From Octopus vulgaris (taxonomy: Eukaryota): DNA of 64,000 nucleotides. The notes under the pieces are model-generated. The model had not been told where the DNA came from, did no database searches, and was given only the letters and a program-made list of their open reading frames with translations. Shown here piece after piece: positions 26,999-43,150 of the stretch (position 1 is its first letter; the number at the start of each line of letters is the position of its first letter). The position numbers and the translations under genes are program-made. Location: positions 118,172,001-118,236,000 of the forward strand of contig OX597822.1 in NCBI GenBank assembly GCA_951406725.2. The letters are read 5' to 3'.

Positions 26999-29945
26999 GA
27001 TGTAGTGTATAAATTTAATTGCAAGACATTTGCATCGGCCATAGCGTAGGAGCTGTCTTAACTTGTCTTGCTCTAAGTTAAATAAATATGCTTGAGCTCA
27101 AATTTGAACATGATAGCTCCAAATTAATGAGTTGTACATTAGATAGTTTGGAATATGTCATGCTATTGTTTTTTTGTTCTCGAAATTCATCCTTGGACGG
27201 CACTTGACATCAATCATATAGCTTTGCCAGATCTGTTACAAGAGAAGAAGAAACTACTTACAGTAGTAAAGAGATTGATGAGTTACTGAATATGGAAGTC
27301 ATTTTGAAATCATTAAACAAAATAAGAGATCAGATATCACCGAATATCTACCTTGTTCGGTGTATTACTGCCTTTCTTACGGCTACAATAAGTCGACTCC
27401 TCCGTACAAAGCAAGCTGGACAGAAGCTATTCCATATATTATCCTACAACTGAGAATTATAACTGTGGGCACAACTGATTTTCTTTGATGACATTAAAGG
27501 AGTAAATTTAATGTAAAACGTCTTCGACTTCAAAAATGGTATAAATATTTTTTAAATACGCATAGCAGTGACGTAGAGGTGATTTCACTGACAGTGAGAT
27601 AACATAAAAGTGATTGCATTTGGAAAGAAATTACCTGCGACGACTAATTATATTTGATGAAGAGGATTATAAAGGGCAACGAGAAATTCCTAATTTGTGC
27701 ACCGATGACGATGTAAATGAATGAACTAAACAGTGTTGTAACTCTGAGTATTTTAAATGCTTAGTGATGTTGTATTATTCCTGGATTCGGCACCTGTCGT
27801 TACTTCCTTGTAATAACAGAAAGTTCTGTATGTCCCCTAGAAAGTGGGTTTTAGATTGTTTCTTTTTTTTTTCTTTCATAGAATCCCGATCTGTATATTA
27901 TTGTATATTTACAAGTTAGTGTCACTGCAATGCTGGACGAGATTATTGTCAATTACCTCAATTAGTCTATACCAAGTCATACCCGAACGGCTTGCGTTAG
28001 AGACTTTGGTTGAAGAGAGAGCATAAGAAAATGAAAATGGACAGAGGCAGAAAGCCACCGGAATGATTATTGCTAATAAAAGACAGAAAGCATCGGCATT
28101 TATTCACTGTAATTGATGCCGAAAACCTTCAAACTGATATCATGGAAGATGATGGCATATTAGTTGCAAAGATGAAACATTACAAGGTAGATCAGAAGCA
28201 ATTATAAAAACAGCCACTGACTTGACAAGTATCAGAGGAGTCCTATTTAAAGAGATGAAATCCTACAATACCGAAACTTAATATCGGGAGAGTGGTGCCT
28301 TAATGTGTTTCATACAATAAAGAGACAAAAGAGGCGTCCTTTCAATTGAAGCTGCAATTCCCTGTAGTAACGTGTCAGTTGTACATAAGACAATTGATAC
28401 TAATAAAATCTATTAAACTGAATCATGTAAAAGAACTTCTGAAACGCATCAAAATCTCAGTGGAAGAAGCATTCAATCGTAATATTAAAGCTGTGACGTT
28501 GGAATCCGCTGGTGACGCCAATGGCGAGTCAGAATACATATTCCAGTGTCTTTCGGTTTTGTTGTTCAAAGTTTTGAATAGATGCATTATAGTCATGTTA
28601 TAATTAATGCTTTCTATAATAACACTCTACTTTCTTCCTTATAGTACTTATTTATTAACCAAAAGTACAGTAAGTACTTTCAGTAATAAAAGAACTTAAG
28701 TTTCACGGATGTTTTTCCGACTACGTTAAATAAAAGAATACTGATGAAGTTGAACAATTTAACAATGTCGGCAATTGTTCTTTGTGAGGGAATCGAAATA
28801 TTTATTTTGGAACCATCGACCAAAATTCAATTACAGAATTCATTCAAATATAGGTCTTAGCTAAAGTGCATTCAGCTTCGTTTGGCTGAAGCACTTTTAG
28901 AATCTGGGTCTTGGATTGGGGTTTGCACATGGGTTTTCTCACGTGATTCGTTCGTCATTGGAAGTGTATAATATATGCTTCCACTACATTAGCTTAATTC
29001 TAGTACATTGTTACAAAAGTTATAGAACTGTCGGTCGCCTAAAAGTTGTCAAATAAAGTAAACGTATTCTTTTACCTCATCGAACAAGTTGTTTGATGAC
29101 GTTTGATGCGTGATTGAATTTCGAGTGTGCTCATTGATAAACAGTTTGCTTTTCCGAATGGCTCATGTGATTTCATATGATGATCCGTGGCTATACATTG
29201 TGATTGTGTTTCTCGACTGATATTGTTCTATGTATCGTTGTAATGTTTGGTTTTGTAGTGTTATCGTGTTGTATAGCAAAACTAGTTGTTTGCTCCGTGT
29301 GAATTTATTGTTGTTGCTTCATCTTATTGACAACAATGAAATGATCATATGAAAATAATGATTTCATCTTTATTCAATGGCGGACATTTCTATGATTTGA
29401 TGGTGGGTTTCGATTCATTTTCTTTCTGTTTTTTTTTTTTTTTGATACTGTTGTTATTTCCTTTTCCATAAATACAAACCATCTGTTTTCATGTATTTAA
29501 TTTCTCTTTCCGTTTTCTCGATTAAACTTTTCAATACATGCATTCTAAGCGGGATATGTTTTCATCGAGATATTTTGCTAAATAACTTAGATCGCTATCA
29601 TCCGGAGACTCCGAGCACGTCCCCAGTATATTTTCTATCAAATTCGCATCAAGCCAACTAAGGAGTCTCCACGTAGTCGTTCGACCTACATGAAATAGCA
29701 TTAGAGACCTTCCTCAAAACACAATCTACCGTCTTAAAAAACGATTTATTAGATAGCGTAGTCGGGGGTGCCTAATGCTTGATAAAACAAGGGATTCTCA
29801 GAACTGAAAAGTCTACTCAGTGTTCACTTGTAATTAAACAGCAACAAGTATTTCTCTCGAGTTCACGATGGTGTTACCTGACCCTTGAGTATAACTTAAC
29901 AGAGAGTAAGGAATATTTCGCAGATAACTTCCTCCTTTCTCTCTA

Positions 29946-30015
<70 letters not shown>

Positions 30016-30253
30016 CTCTGACTAAACATTAAAAAGAATTAGCGTTTTAAATGATAGGAAATGTTTTAGTTGGAAAATGGGTCGGAAATGCATATTTTAA
30101 TATAGATTCAAGAAAACCTTTTTTTAAACAGAGTCATAATTAAAAATATTGGATCTTTTCCGAGCTGCATAAATGAAGTCGAATAGCTTCAACCAAGAAT
30201 AAAACTAGGGTTATGGATTTCGTTCGATAGGAACTTCTGCTTCGATAGAGAAA

Positions 30254-30452
30254 TACAGGGTGTGGTAAAAGAACCTCTCAGATTTAGATTCCTAAATAAA
30301 CATTTCCACACAAAAAGCACGGTGTGCACCGTTCTTAAATGAAAAAAAAAGTGGTAAAAGTTACGTGAAGACACCTTTGCCACCTTCCTAGTTTCACAAT
30401 TGGCAAGGTGCAGCAGAAAAACTTGCTTTAAGTCTTTTTGTCACAGCCTGTA
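30254..30452. mobile_element. Tc1-type MITE
   Basis: TA-CAGGGTGTGGTAAAAGA ... TCTTTTTGTCACAGCCTG-TA: imperfect TIRs with TA duplication. Confidence 0.65.
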
Positions 30453-31584
30453 TAACAATTTCTCGTGGAAGTTGAATGCAAAAACAATAAGTACTTCCAG
30501 GAAATTGTAGGGTTGATTGTAACAACTCGAAATATACCTTTTATTTTATTAACTCCAGGTTTGAAGTGCAAACAAATAATTGTGGAGTAGGAGATTCAGA
30601 GTGATCGCTTCAGTAAATTTAGACCGTAAGAGCGGTAACTTTATCGCATTCGTACTAATAGCTTGATCCTTAAGATCTCAAGAACGACAAGACTGGTAGC
30701 GTCTTCCTACTTAGACTCTTAAAGTAACTATTTATTTTCTTCGCGATGGTCATGGTAAAAGTTTAACGTTGACGACTTTTGTTAAGAATTTGAACATTAA
30801 ATGAGAGAACCTTCATTTAGTTACTTAAAGTGATTTAGCGCAATAATGGATTCTATATTTGCCACAAGGGTTACAGCTAAGGGACGCTTAGACACATAAA
30901 ATAATAATTCTATAACAACTATTCAGAATTATCCAAGGTGTAATTATCGCTCTTTAGAAAACAAAATTCTTTGGGTTTCGATTGCGAACCGAAATATTAA
31001 AATGAAAACTTGAATAGTCTTCTGTCTCAACCGGTGAAAAGCTTGTTCTCTATTTCTATATTTTAGGAGTGTTCTGTGTGGGTTTTCATTATTAACTCAT
31101 TCGTTGCAGTTCCTAGTTTTAGGTAAGCTGCGAGTGAAAATGAGAATGATCTTGCTAATATTTATTTAAGTTTTCATACATTTTTATTAACCCATATCGT
31201 TTATATTTGCATGTATACAAATATTTGGTTTACTGAGATGGCATTCATGATATAAACTTAATCGTTAAAGATTTTTGTCATACAACATGCTAGATAATAT
31301 TATGAAAGTAGTTCATAGTTATTGGAAATGGAATAAATAGAAAGAGTTAGAATTACTGCATATGAGTAATGTGTGTATGATCCAACATTTCAACTCAAGG
31401 TCGGAACCATTGTCGCACACAGCACAAGCATGTTAACTAAGGAAAAGTAGAAGAGGGTGAGAGTCCATCGAATCGGGCAAAGTGACATAGTGCCCTATGG
31501 AATACTGAGCAATTCCATTTGAAAGTGAATTCGCCAACATTTTATAATTGTGATGAAAAGTTTCTGTGACTTTCGATCGCATTA

Positions 31585-31660
31585 TTTGGCGGGAAAACTC
31601 GCACACTTCTTTTGAAGTTCCCCGCCTCAACCATAGCAATTCAGCCAATGCTGATTGGCC
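31585..31660. promoter_or_regulatory. Cluster of E2F-like, CHR-like and CCAAT motifs (putative)
   Basis: TTTGGCGGGAAA (31585), TTTGAA (31611), CCCGCC (31621), GCCAAT and ATTGGC within 75 bp of unique sequence. Motif match only. Confidence 0.2.
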
Positions 31661-32434
31661 GAGCCATATTCGCCTAGGAGTTAATACCTTTTATTGTGAT
31701 ACAAGTCGTGGTCCAGAGCAGCGAAACCTGAGAGCGATGGTTCAGAATTCAGTAGGGGCCTCGCTTCGAATGTATCCTTTTGTGAATAAAGAAGGAGTTT
31801 TATCTTTTATGAGATTTGGGGGTTTAATTCGAAGGGTTATCCACAATTAGACCTCACCGTGAATGATTTAGCCAAAATCACGTTAGTTCTTGTTCCCAAG
31901 GCGAGGAACTGATTTCTAGTTTTAAAATATGTATTAGCCATGTCGATTGTGTTGTAGAGTACGAGCCGCAGAATCGATAGTTCGAACTCAGTTACCAGCT
32001 ATAAAGCATTCTCTAAACACATGAATCCACTTACCGCTAAATATGAACTACATGATTAAACAGCTCACAGATCTAAGTAACGCGGATTCGAATGCAACTA
32101 GTGTTTCATTAATTGGTGGTACTGAGTTCATCTTCTTCCGTAGGCGTTGCGTAAATTAAAAAGATGTTTCACAGACTAGCCTACATAAGATACATTCTGT
32201 AAATACAAAGTTTTCGCTGTTAACTGCTGTGTGCCAAGGGGTTATAAGACTTAGTGACAAGTTAGCGATGTCTTATTACTTTTTGTGTGTGTGGTATCTT
32301 AATAAAATTGAATATTTCCATATAGATATATACCTGTCCGCCTCCACTAATTATGTGTAATAATCTCAAGAAATAATTATGTAATATCCCTTTCAACCAT
32401 CATCACCAGATGCATCAGTATCTTTTTTTATTTC

Positions 32435-32797
32435 TACTCTAGGCACAAGGCCCGAAAATTGGGTGGAGGGGCAGTCGATTAGATCGACCCCAGTACGCTA
32501 CTGGTACTTAATTTATCGACCCCGAAAGGATGAAAGGCAAAGTCGACCTCGGCGGAATTTGAACTCAGAACGTAAAGACAGACGAAATACCTATTTCTTT
32601 ATTGCCCACAAGGGGCTAAACACAGTATTTCGCTTGTCTTTGCGTCCTGAGTTCAAATCCCGCCGATGTCGACCTTTTTTTTTTTTTTATCTTTTCGGGG
32701 TCTATAAAATAAATAACTAGTCGAGTACTGGGGCAGATGTATTCGACTGGACCCTTCTCCTATATTTCCAGGCCTTGTACCTGGGGTAGAAAGGATT
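32435..32797. mobile_element. Inverted pair of SINE-B-related copies
   Basis: 32435-32625 is a minus-strand copy containing a tail/body junction. 32626-32797 is a plus-strand 5'-truncated copy. Confidence 0.75.
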
Positions 32798-32799
32798 AT

Positions 32800-33410
32800 C
32801 AACATCTCCATCACTACCACCACCACCACCATAACCCGTGGTGCAACCACTACCACCACCACCATTACGATAGTTACAACTATTACTATTACTACCACCA
32901 CCAACAACAACAACATAAACAGTGATACAACTACCACAACTATCATCACTACTATCACGAATATAACAACAACCACCTTAGCTACTAATACTAACAATAC
33001 TACTACCAGTACCATTACCATAACCAATGGTACAGATACCACAACCACTACTTTAACATAACTACCACCACTACTACGTTTAGCATTAATGCAACCACCT
33101 CCGCTGTTATGATTGATTATTACAGCTACCACTACATGTACTAGCACCAGCACCACAATAACCAGTAGTGTAACTGTCACAACTATCACCAGAGCCACTA
33201 CCTTAACCAGTGAGACAATTACCACTGCTACCACCCACGCTGTCACGAGTTTCATCACTCTAACACCCACAGCTAATCCTTACACCTCCACCCGCCCACC
33301 CATTATAAATACCATAATCTAAATTGATATCACCACCACTACCTAGCCTACCACCACCAAAAACACTACTACCTATACTGTTGGCTTTATTATTATTATT
33401 GTTATTGTTA

Positions 33411-33445
<35 letters not shown>

Positions 33446-33452
33446 GTTGTTG

Positions 33453-33489
<37 letters not shown>

Positions 33490-33524
33490 TATTATTATTA
33501 TCATTATTATTATTATTATTTTTG

Positions 33525-33564
<40 letters not shown>

Positions 33565-33701
33565 CATTATTATTATTATTATTATTATGATTATTATTAT
33601 TACCATTATTATTATTATTATCATTATTATTATTATTATTATCATTATTATTATTATTATTATTATTATGATTATTATTATTACCATTATTATTATTATT
33701 A

Positions 33702-33768
<67 letters not shown>

Positions 33769-33814
33769 GATTATTATTATTACCATTATTATTATTATTA
33801 TCATTATTATTATC

Positions 33815-33867
<53 letters not shown>

Positions 33868-34543
33868 GTCATACAGAGAAATGCTACAACACTCGACAGC
33901 TACCAACACCACCATCATCATAATCATCATCATCGTCGTCGTCGTCGTCGTCACTATCACCGTTATCATCAGCATTATCATCAATATCATCAACATCATC
34001 ACCACCACCATCTCTAACCTTGTCATCACCTGCATCGCCACTACCACCACCGCCACCATCATCATCATCATCATTATTATTATTATTATTATTCATAACA
34101 CCTGCTGCTGCTGCTGCTGCTACTACTACTGCCGCAACAATTCCAGCACTCACTACCACAACTACCACCACTTTTATAATTAGTCCTCCTCCTCCTCCTC
34201 CTTCTTCCGCCTCTACTACCACCACCACCACCACCACCGCCACAACCATCACCGAGACCGCTTCTTTTACTAACGTCACCAGCACTCCCGTTCGTTGCTA
34301 CTACAACCATCACCACAGCAACCATCGCCACTACTACCACTACTCTCGCTAATATTACCACCTCCGCCGCCACCACCACCACCAGTAGTACCACTAATAC
34401 AACTACCAGTACTATTACCGCTACTGCTGATATCATCACCACCATCACCGCCACTACTACTACTACTACCGCCACCGTCACAACCTCCACCACTAATAAC
34501 ACCACTGCCACAACCACCACCACCACCACTACTACCATTGCTT

Positions 34544-34589
<46 letters not shown>

Positions 34590-35200
34590 CGCCACCGTCA
34601 CAACCTTCACCACTAATAACATCATTGACACAACCACTACCACCACTACTACTATTACTACCACCATTGTTTCAACCACCACCATCACCACTGCTACTAC
34701 AAGTACCACAAGTATAATCCCACCACCAACAACACAACCACCACCACCACCACAAACACTACCACAGATACCACTACCGCCACCACCCCTACTACTAATA
34801 CTGCTAATACTAATATTACTACAAGCATAGTCTCCACCACCATTACCACTACAACCATCACCCCCACCGTTACCTTTACCGATAGTAATACCACCACCAC
34901 CACCACCACCACCACCGCAGCCATGGATGTTTAGAAGAACTACCGCAACTGCTATTGTTTCAATACCGACAACTGCTGCAACATCAGCATCAGTTGCAGC
35001 TTCCCTACTCCTGGCAACTGCTACTGCATCACTCATCCTTGTTATTACATCACTGCCGCTACTGCGCTAACACTGTCATCGTTGATGTCATTGACTGTGA
35101 CACCCCGAGCCGCTGCCGCTGCTACTATTGCTATTACCGCTACTGCTGCCACCGCATCTGCTGTTGCTGCTGCTGCTGCTGCTGCTGGTGGTGGTGATAC
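32800..35200. repeat. Compound trinucleotide field: (ACC/ACT)n, (ATT/ATC)n, (GCT)n
   Basis: Directly visible; source of the poly-V/I/L/T/P ORFs. Confidence 0.95.
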
Positions 35201-35545
35201 TACTTTTAATAGTAGTTTAATGTTTGTTGCTATTGCAAATGACAAACAGATTGCTAAGTTCACACACCACGTGAGCTGCAATATAGACTGTTTATTAGTC
35301 GAACACACAAATAACAATATTTTTGAAATTCGTTTATATCTTCGACTCATCACGATCGCATCTTTTCTATTTTTGGCTCTTATTAACGAACGCTGCATTT
35401 TGTTTTTTTTTTATTACTTTGTTTCTTTGGACAACTATTTAAATGTCTGTCTTTGCTTACCTGTTTAACTATGTGACCATCAGTTTGCCTATCTATCTAC
35501 CTGTCTATCTACCTATCTATGAATGCATGTATATATGCATGTATG

Positions 35546-35594
<49 letters not shown>

Positions 35595-35635
35595 CAGATA
35601 TAGATATGCAGATATAAAAATCATGGCGTATGTGT

Positions 35636-35679
<44 letters not shown>

Positions 35680-35713
35680 CAAAGTGAAGTTGTAAGGTAC
35701 CACACGAGTGGAA

Positions 35714-35786
35714 ATATATATGAAAGAAGGTTTCAAAATGCAATTTTAAAAGATGTTTGCATTTTCAAACCTTCTTTCATATATAT
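35714..35786. repeat. 30-bp-arm palindrome
   Basis: tatatatgaaagaaggtttcaaaatgcaa / ttgcattttcaaaccttctttcatatata with 1 mismatch and a 13-nt loop. Confidence 0.8.
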
Positions 35787-35804
35787 ATATATATACATAC
35801 ATAC

Positions 35805-37490
35805 AGATACCTCGAGATACAACAAGTTAGAAGTTCATGCTGGTGTTATGCCTAGGGTGTCATATATTTGGTTTTGCACATAGTATTGTTCTAGAGAATG
35901 TTTAAGAAACAAGAAAATTATTAGTTTCTTTTAAACTTTTGAGATTACATAGTATTTTACGTAGGTAATGGGCAGTTCCTATGAGCACTATCGTTTGAAT
36001 TTTTGCCATTTTGGGGTTTCCTGATGTCTGAACTAGGTTGGAATCGGCCCCTTTTGCTATCATTTCTAGGGCACCTATGACAACAGGTATTGTTTTAGTC
36101 TTGAGATTCCACATTTTGCCAATTTCTATATCCAGATCTTTATACTTGCTCAGTTTTTGGTAGGTCTTGACAGATACGTTTATGTCGATTGGGACAGTCA
36201 TATCAATGAGGAGGCATGAATTTTGCCTGAAGTCTTTCAATATAATGTCTGGTCTATTCGCAGCTATCTTTCTGTCAGTTTGAATGGTAAAGTTCCAGAG
36301 GAGTGAGATGGGATCATTTTCAAGCACTGGAGGAGGTTTGTGTTCCCAGTTTTTATCATGGGGCAAGTACATATTTTTGCAAATTACCCAGTGAATATAC
36401 TGTGCCGCCCTATCATGCCTGTTGAGATACTCTGTAGGCACAAGAAGACTGCACTTGGAGACAAAATGATCAAGGGTTTCATTTTGTTGTTGACATACAC
36501 GACATGTTGGGCTACTGCTGTTCTTTAATATGTTGGCCTGGTAGTTCCTTGCAGGTAGGCATTGATCTTGGGCTACTGTGATAAACTCTCCTGTTTCTGA
36601 TTTTAATCCAGAAACACTAACCACTGATGGATAAGGGCTTTTTTGTCAACATCGGCATTATTAGTTTTCTTTGGGTATTTGCCCTTGAGAGGTTTTTCTT
36701 ACCATTTATCAGTAAGAATATCTAAGGCAGCAGTTTTGGTACGGGTCTTCATGCGCTTAGCTTTCTCTGTGCTTGATTCCAGTACGTCTAAATTCGCTGT
36801 ATTTGGAATTCACTTAGATATTCTTTTGCTTATTCTGTTATTGAGTATGATGCTTTCTTGTTTTCATGCTTTAAAACAAGTTTTAACATCCAGTCATCAG
36901 AGTTTTTCAGGTAGGTGTTGAGGCTAATTGTAAGTCTTCATTGTTAGTTCTAGTTGTGAAAGTCTACGGCCAACCTTTTTTTCTTGGCAGGTAAAGTCGT
37001 TCTATATCTGCTTTAGAGTGATGCATTCTATGCATTGTCCACAATTTTCGTATTTTTCTATCAAGATTATATATTTCAGTAATTGACCAGTTAATGATAT
37101 TCAAAGTCACGACCGGTAAGGCTAAAGTATTGATCACTTCGATCCTGTTTCTTGTATTCAGCTCTGTCTTGAGTACTGCCCTTACCCTGCGATAACATTC
37201 TCTTCTGATCCTTCCTCTCATCATTGAATGTTTGATTCCATCACCTTCAAATACCCCTAGGTATTTATAGCTCTCCGCTGGTTCTAACTCTTTTGTGACA
37301 TTCTGCTGGTCAAGATTACCGTTTACAGGCAAGAGGTTTCGCAGAGTAGGTGCTATTTTATACATTTCCAGACATTTCTTGATCCAGCTATGTGGTAGAC
37401 TATCAAAAGCTTTTTGTAGTCTACTCAGGCTATCGACAAGTTTTTGTGTCGTTTGTGACAATCTTCCAGCATCATCTTATGGATAAGTAG
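35805..37490 (-). pseudogene. R4/Dong-clade (RLE) non-LTR retrotransposon, 5'-truncated and internally deleted
   Basis: QKAFDSLPHSWI, YKYLG, DIERLYLPRKKG, AQDQ, CRVC...ETLDHFVSKC (CCHC), RHD, NRPDIILKD...LIDMTVP...KLSKYKDL (RLE), IPVVIGAL. The central RT motifs including YxDD are missing. Confidence 0.9.
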
Positions 37491-37509
37491 CTGATCTTTA
37501 CAACCATAT

Positions 37510-37720
37510 TATTATTATTGGGTGAGAGAGCAGTACATACCATCAAAGTGACACTGGGGTAAAATATACGAAGCCCAGTATACCCATCATGACTACCCGT
37601 CTGATAAGGGTACACCAGGCACATGCATCACAACCATATGTGCGCGACATGGTGATCTCATATCAAGATAAACAGCATATGACCTTGCAGGTGGGGATGT
37701 TGAAAGAACCACCCATGTTT
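37510..37720 (-). mobile_element. Unclassified retroposon 3' fragment with (TAA)n tail
   Basis: Complex sequence between (ATT)n tracts; the minus strand ends ...ctctctcacccaataataataa. Confidence 0.35.
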
Positions 37721-37721
37721 C

Positions 37722-38915
<1,194 letters not shown>

Positions 38916-39345
38916 GGATCATCACCGCCACCGTTATTAACTGTACGTCCCCTAAAGACATTGCTGCGATTCGATTATGCCACTTTCTTGACAATACCAT
39001 CAATTAATTCCAATCTGTTCCTGGTTTTAATTGCTACGAGATAGACATTCGTAGATTAAAACCGAAGATTAAACGCTATTTTTATTTTTAATTTAAAAAA
39101 AAACAAAGCCAAAATATAAAGAAATATTCTGAGAGCAGCAAAAATGTCTTAATCGACCAATACGATGAATAAGAGATAGCAACAGGACGTAGGCTCGGTG
39201 CTCTGACTCCTGTCAAATCTGTGTCACGTTTCAGAGCAAAACATCAACCTGCACTAAGCTTAGCAGCGATGTAAACTGGAGTAAAACAATTTACCAATAA
39301 TCATGTGAGCGAACATGATTCGCAGAACGTGTATCTACGAGCTTA

Positions 39346-39411
<66 letters not shown>

Positions 39412-39433
39412 TGGATAGATGGATGGATGAATG

Positions 39434-39513
<80 letters not shown>

Positions 39514-39515
39514 TG

Positions 39516-39635
39516 TTTCTTTATTAGCCACACAGGGCTGGACACAGACGGGACAAATTACAAAGTAGAGCTTTTCTTTTTGGGGAGAAAAAAAAATGGG
39601 GTAGGTTTTCGATCAAAAGGGATCGTGAAAAGGAA
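39516..39635 (-). mobile_element. Second copy of the 9053 element within (GATA)n
   Basis: tttctttattagccacacagggctggacacagacgggacaaattacaaagtagagcttttcttt...gtaggttttcgatcaaaagggatcgt, flanked by (GATA)n on both sides. Confidence 0.65.
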
Positions 39636-39735
39636 AGAAGAAAAAAAAGAAAAAAATAGATAGATAGATAGAAGGATGGATGGATGGATGGATGGATGGA
39701 TGGAGGGATGGGTAGATAGATAGATAGATAGATAT

Positions 39736-39799
<64 letters not shown>

Positions 39800-39808
39800 G
39801 TAGGTAGG

Positions 39809-39855
<47 letters not shown>

Positions 39856-39860
39856 GTAGT

Positions 39861-39940
<80 letters not shown>

Positions 39941-40427
39941 GGCATTTGTGCTTGCGTATGTACGTGTATGAGTAAACATAAATATGTACTAAGGATAGCT
40001 GTGAGTCAGAATTTTAGGATTTTTTCCGCTTTCTTTTTATATTTTTTGCGAAGATGTTACTGAGAAGTAACCTAATTAAAAGAGAAATCAATAATTATAT
40101 TACTGCGCTTCCACAACTCCTTCACTGCACAACATCCTAACTATTTAATTTGTGATCTGTGATTTTAATTTTCCTATAGTTAGGTAACTTTCTCCTTCAC
40201 ACCTCTCTCTCTCTCTCTCACTCTCTTTCTCTCACTCTCACTCTCTCTCTCACTCTCTTTCTCTCTCTTTTTCTCTTTCGTATGTATAATTATCTCTTTC
40301 TCCCTTGCTGTATATATATATATATATATACGCGTGTGTGTGGGGGGGGGCGTATGAAGCATGTTTATAAGTATGCATGTTTGCTTGAATATATATCATA
40401 TATATGTATACACACATAATACCCCCC

Positions 40428-40469
<42 letters not shown>

Positions 40470-40559
40470 CATGCATACATACATACATATGCCTATATAC
40501 ATTACATAAACATACAATATATATGCTAGTGCATGTATATGTATGTATGCACGTTTGTA

Positions 40560-40672
40560 ATACATACATACATGCATGCATACATACATACATACATACA
40601 TACATACATACATACATAAATACATACATACATACATGCATACATACATACATGCATGCATACATACATACA

Positions 40673-40703
<31 letters not shown>

Positions 40704-40817
40704 CATACATACATACATACATACATACATACATACATACATACATACATGCATACATACATACATGCATGCATACATACATACATACATACATACATAC
40801 ATGCATACATACATACA

Positions 40818-40850
<33 letters not shown>

Positions 40851-41037
40851 GCATGCATACATACATACATACATACATACATACATACATACATACATGC
40901 ATGCATACATACATACATGCATGCATACATACATACATACATACATACATACATACATACATACATACATACATACATGCATGCATGCATACATACATAC
41001 ATACATACATACATACATACATACATACATACATACA

Positions 41038-41070
<33 letters not shown>

Positions 41071-41089
41071 GCATACATACATACATACA

Positions 41090-41122
<33 letters not shown>

Positions 41123-41257
41123 GCATACATACATACATGCATGCATACATACACACATACATACATACATACATACATACATACATACATACATACATAC
41201 ATACATACATACATACATACATACATACATGCATGCATACATACATACATACATACA

Positions 41258-41290
<33 letters not shown>

Positions 41291-41460
41291 GCATACATAC
41301 ATACATGCATGCATACATACACACATACATACATACATACATACATACATACATACATACATACATACATACATACATACATACATACATACATACATAC
41401 ATACATACATACATACATACATACATACATACATACATACATACATACATACATACATAC
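40560..41460. repeat. (TACA)n tetranucleotide array
   Basis: Directly visible, with TGCA variants. Confidence 0.95.
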
Positions 41461-41892
41461 AAAGTAATTAAATTCCATCAGAGTTTGATTTTCGCATTTT
41501 ATTTTGAGCATTTTTACAATTTTACAATATTCCGTATTCCAATATCGCAAGTACTTTCATGTTTTATAGAAGCTTCAAAGTAAAACATACAATGTTTCAA
41601 ATATAAGGAATATATTTTCTTGATATTTGCAATCTTCATGTAAATGCTTATGTTGCAGGAGCAGTAACAAACACCTAATATGCTTCATATTTGTCAACTG
41701 TGATGATAAGCCCATGTGTTTCTTTTAAGCCGTAACGGTTTGCTGAACGCGGTAACACATTCGGCATTGACTGCGTTTATCCTTAGAAACATCTCAACCA
41801 ATCAGAGAAACTTCAGTTTATTAATATTGTCAATATCACTACAGTTTTTATGTAAAATTTGATTTAAATCAATAGGGGTATTATTCTTTCTC

Positions 41893-42125
41893 AAGGTGGC
41901 GAGCTGGTAGAAACATTAGCACGCCGGGCGAAATGCGAAGCCGTATTTCGTCTGCCGTTACGTTCTGAGTTCAAATTCCGCTGAGGGCGACTTTGCCTTT
42001 CATCCTTCCGAGGTCGATTAAATAAGTACCAGTTACGCGCTGGGATCGATATAATCGTCTTAATCCGTTTGTCTGCCCTTGTTTGTCCCCTCTGTGTTTA
42101 GCCCCTTGTGGGTAGTAAAGAAATA
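41893..42125 (+). mobile_element. SINE family B with 10-bp TSD
   Basis: TSD ggtattattc at 41877-41886 and 42126-42135. Confidence 0.88.
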
Positions 42126-42344
42126 GGTATTATTCCTTTTCATATCATTGTCTATTTAGAACGGGTTTAAGTGTGTTAATAAGATTCTTTCCTCTTGAAT
42201 CGTAAAGACATTTGCTAACAGCACGTTTGTAAATGAGTGTTTAGTCCCGAATTTGTTGCCGATGTACACACGTGCATTAGACGAGGTTCTTGTCCGGCCA
42301 ATATATATTTATTCATAATTCGGGCATTTGATGCAGAAGATCAG

Positions 42345-43150
42345 ATTTTGCCCGTTACTAGTTCAGGCCACGTCTAACTTCTCAAAAGCACCATCTGGAG
42401 TAGTCTTTCAAATCATTTTAGGACCTCATAACTCACTCGAATAAGGATGGAGGGGTTTACCGAGATATATCCGGGTGTCTATGGTTTGTCTGGTATTTCT
42501 TGGAGAAATTTGTCCGGGTATCGTTTGAATATTACGGGGTCTTTTTCCTTTTGATATTTTTCAGACTAATGTTCAATAAAACAGGAGTAAATGTGATAAT
42601 TGTTGTATTGCAATGTTAATAGGTTATATGAACTCGATTTTTGTAAGGGACATAGAGTACTGAGACCAAGACTTGGGTGATGCGTGAAGTCGATACTAAC
42701 ATCGTTTGAACAGAGTTGGGGAAATATTTTCCACGTTCTACAAATAATAGAATTCATGGTGGCGTTGGAGAGAGGTGCATTTGAGCTTTTTGAAGCCATT
42801 CAGAGAATAAGGCCTGCCATGTCAGTTACTTACTTATTCATTTTGTCATTGACTTCTTGGATGCTTCAATTCTCATAAGGTTTTGTTTTAAAGAGAGGAG
42901 ACCATAGTCCATAGCAATATTCGAAGTGCAAACTAGCAATCATAGAGAAGAAAAGGATGATGGTGTTACAATCTCTTGACGGGAAAGTTCTGAATATCTA
43001 TGGGCCCATTCTGCGAGCCATTCATACTTATCGTTTGATATTTGCACTCCAGCTAAGGCTGTTGTCCAGAGTGATAACTAAGTCTGTGATATTATACGAC
43101 GTTACGAGTTGCTCTACTGAGGAGAGAAAATATGGCTATTTCAGTTATTC
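42345..43150 (-). pseudogene. Degenerate CR1/L2-group LINE 3' fragment (same subfamily as 6047-6460)
   Basis: WKIFPQLCSNDVSIDFTHHPSLG and FKRYPDKFLQEIPDKP. Tail ggtgc...aagttagacgtggcctg is shared with the 6047 copy. Confidence 0.75.

Noticed and set aside
32653-35468. Poly-V/I/L/T/P ORFs resembling membrane or mucin-like proteins
   Set aside because: Compound trinucleotide repeats with no unique coding sequence or splice support.
40361-41583. Long ORFs (260-380 aa) of HTYI/MYVC repeats
   Set aside because: Translation of a (TACA)n microsatellite, open in many frames; not protein-coding evidence.
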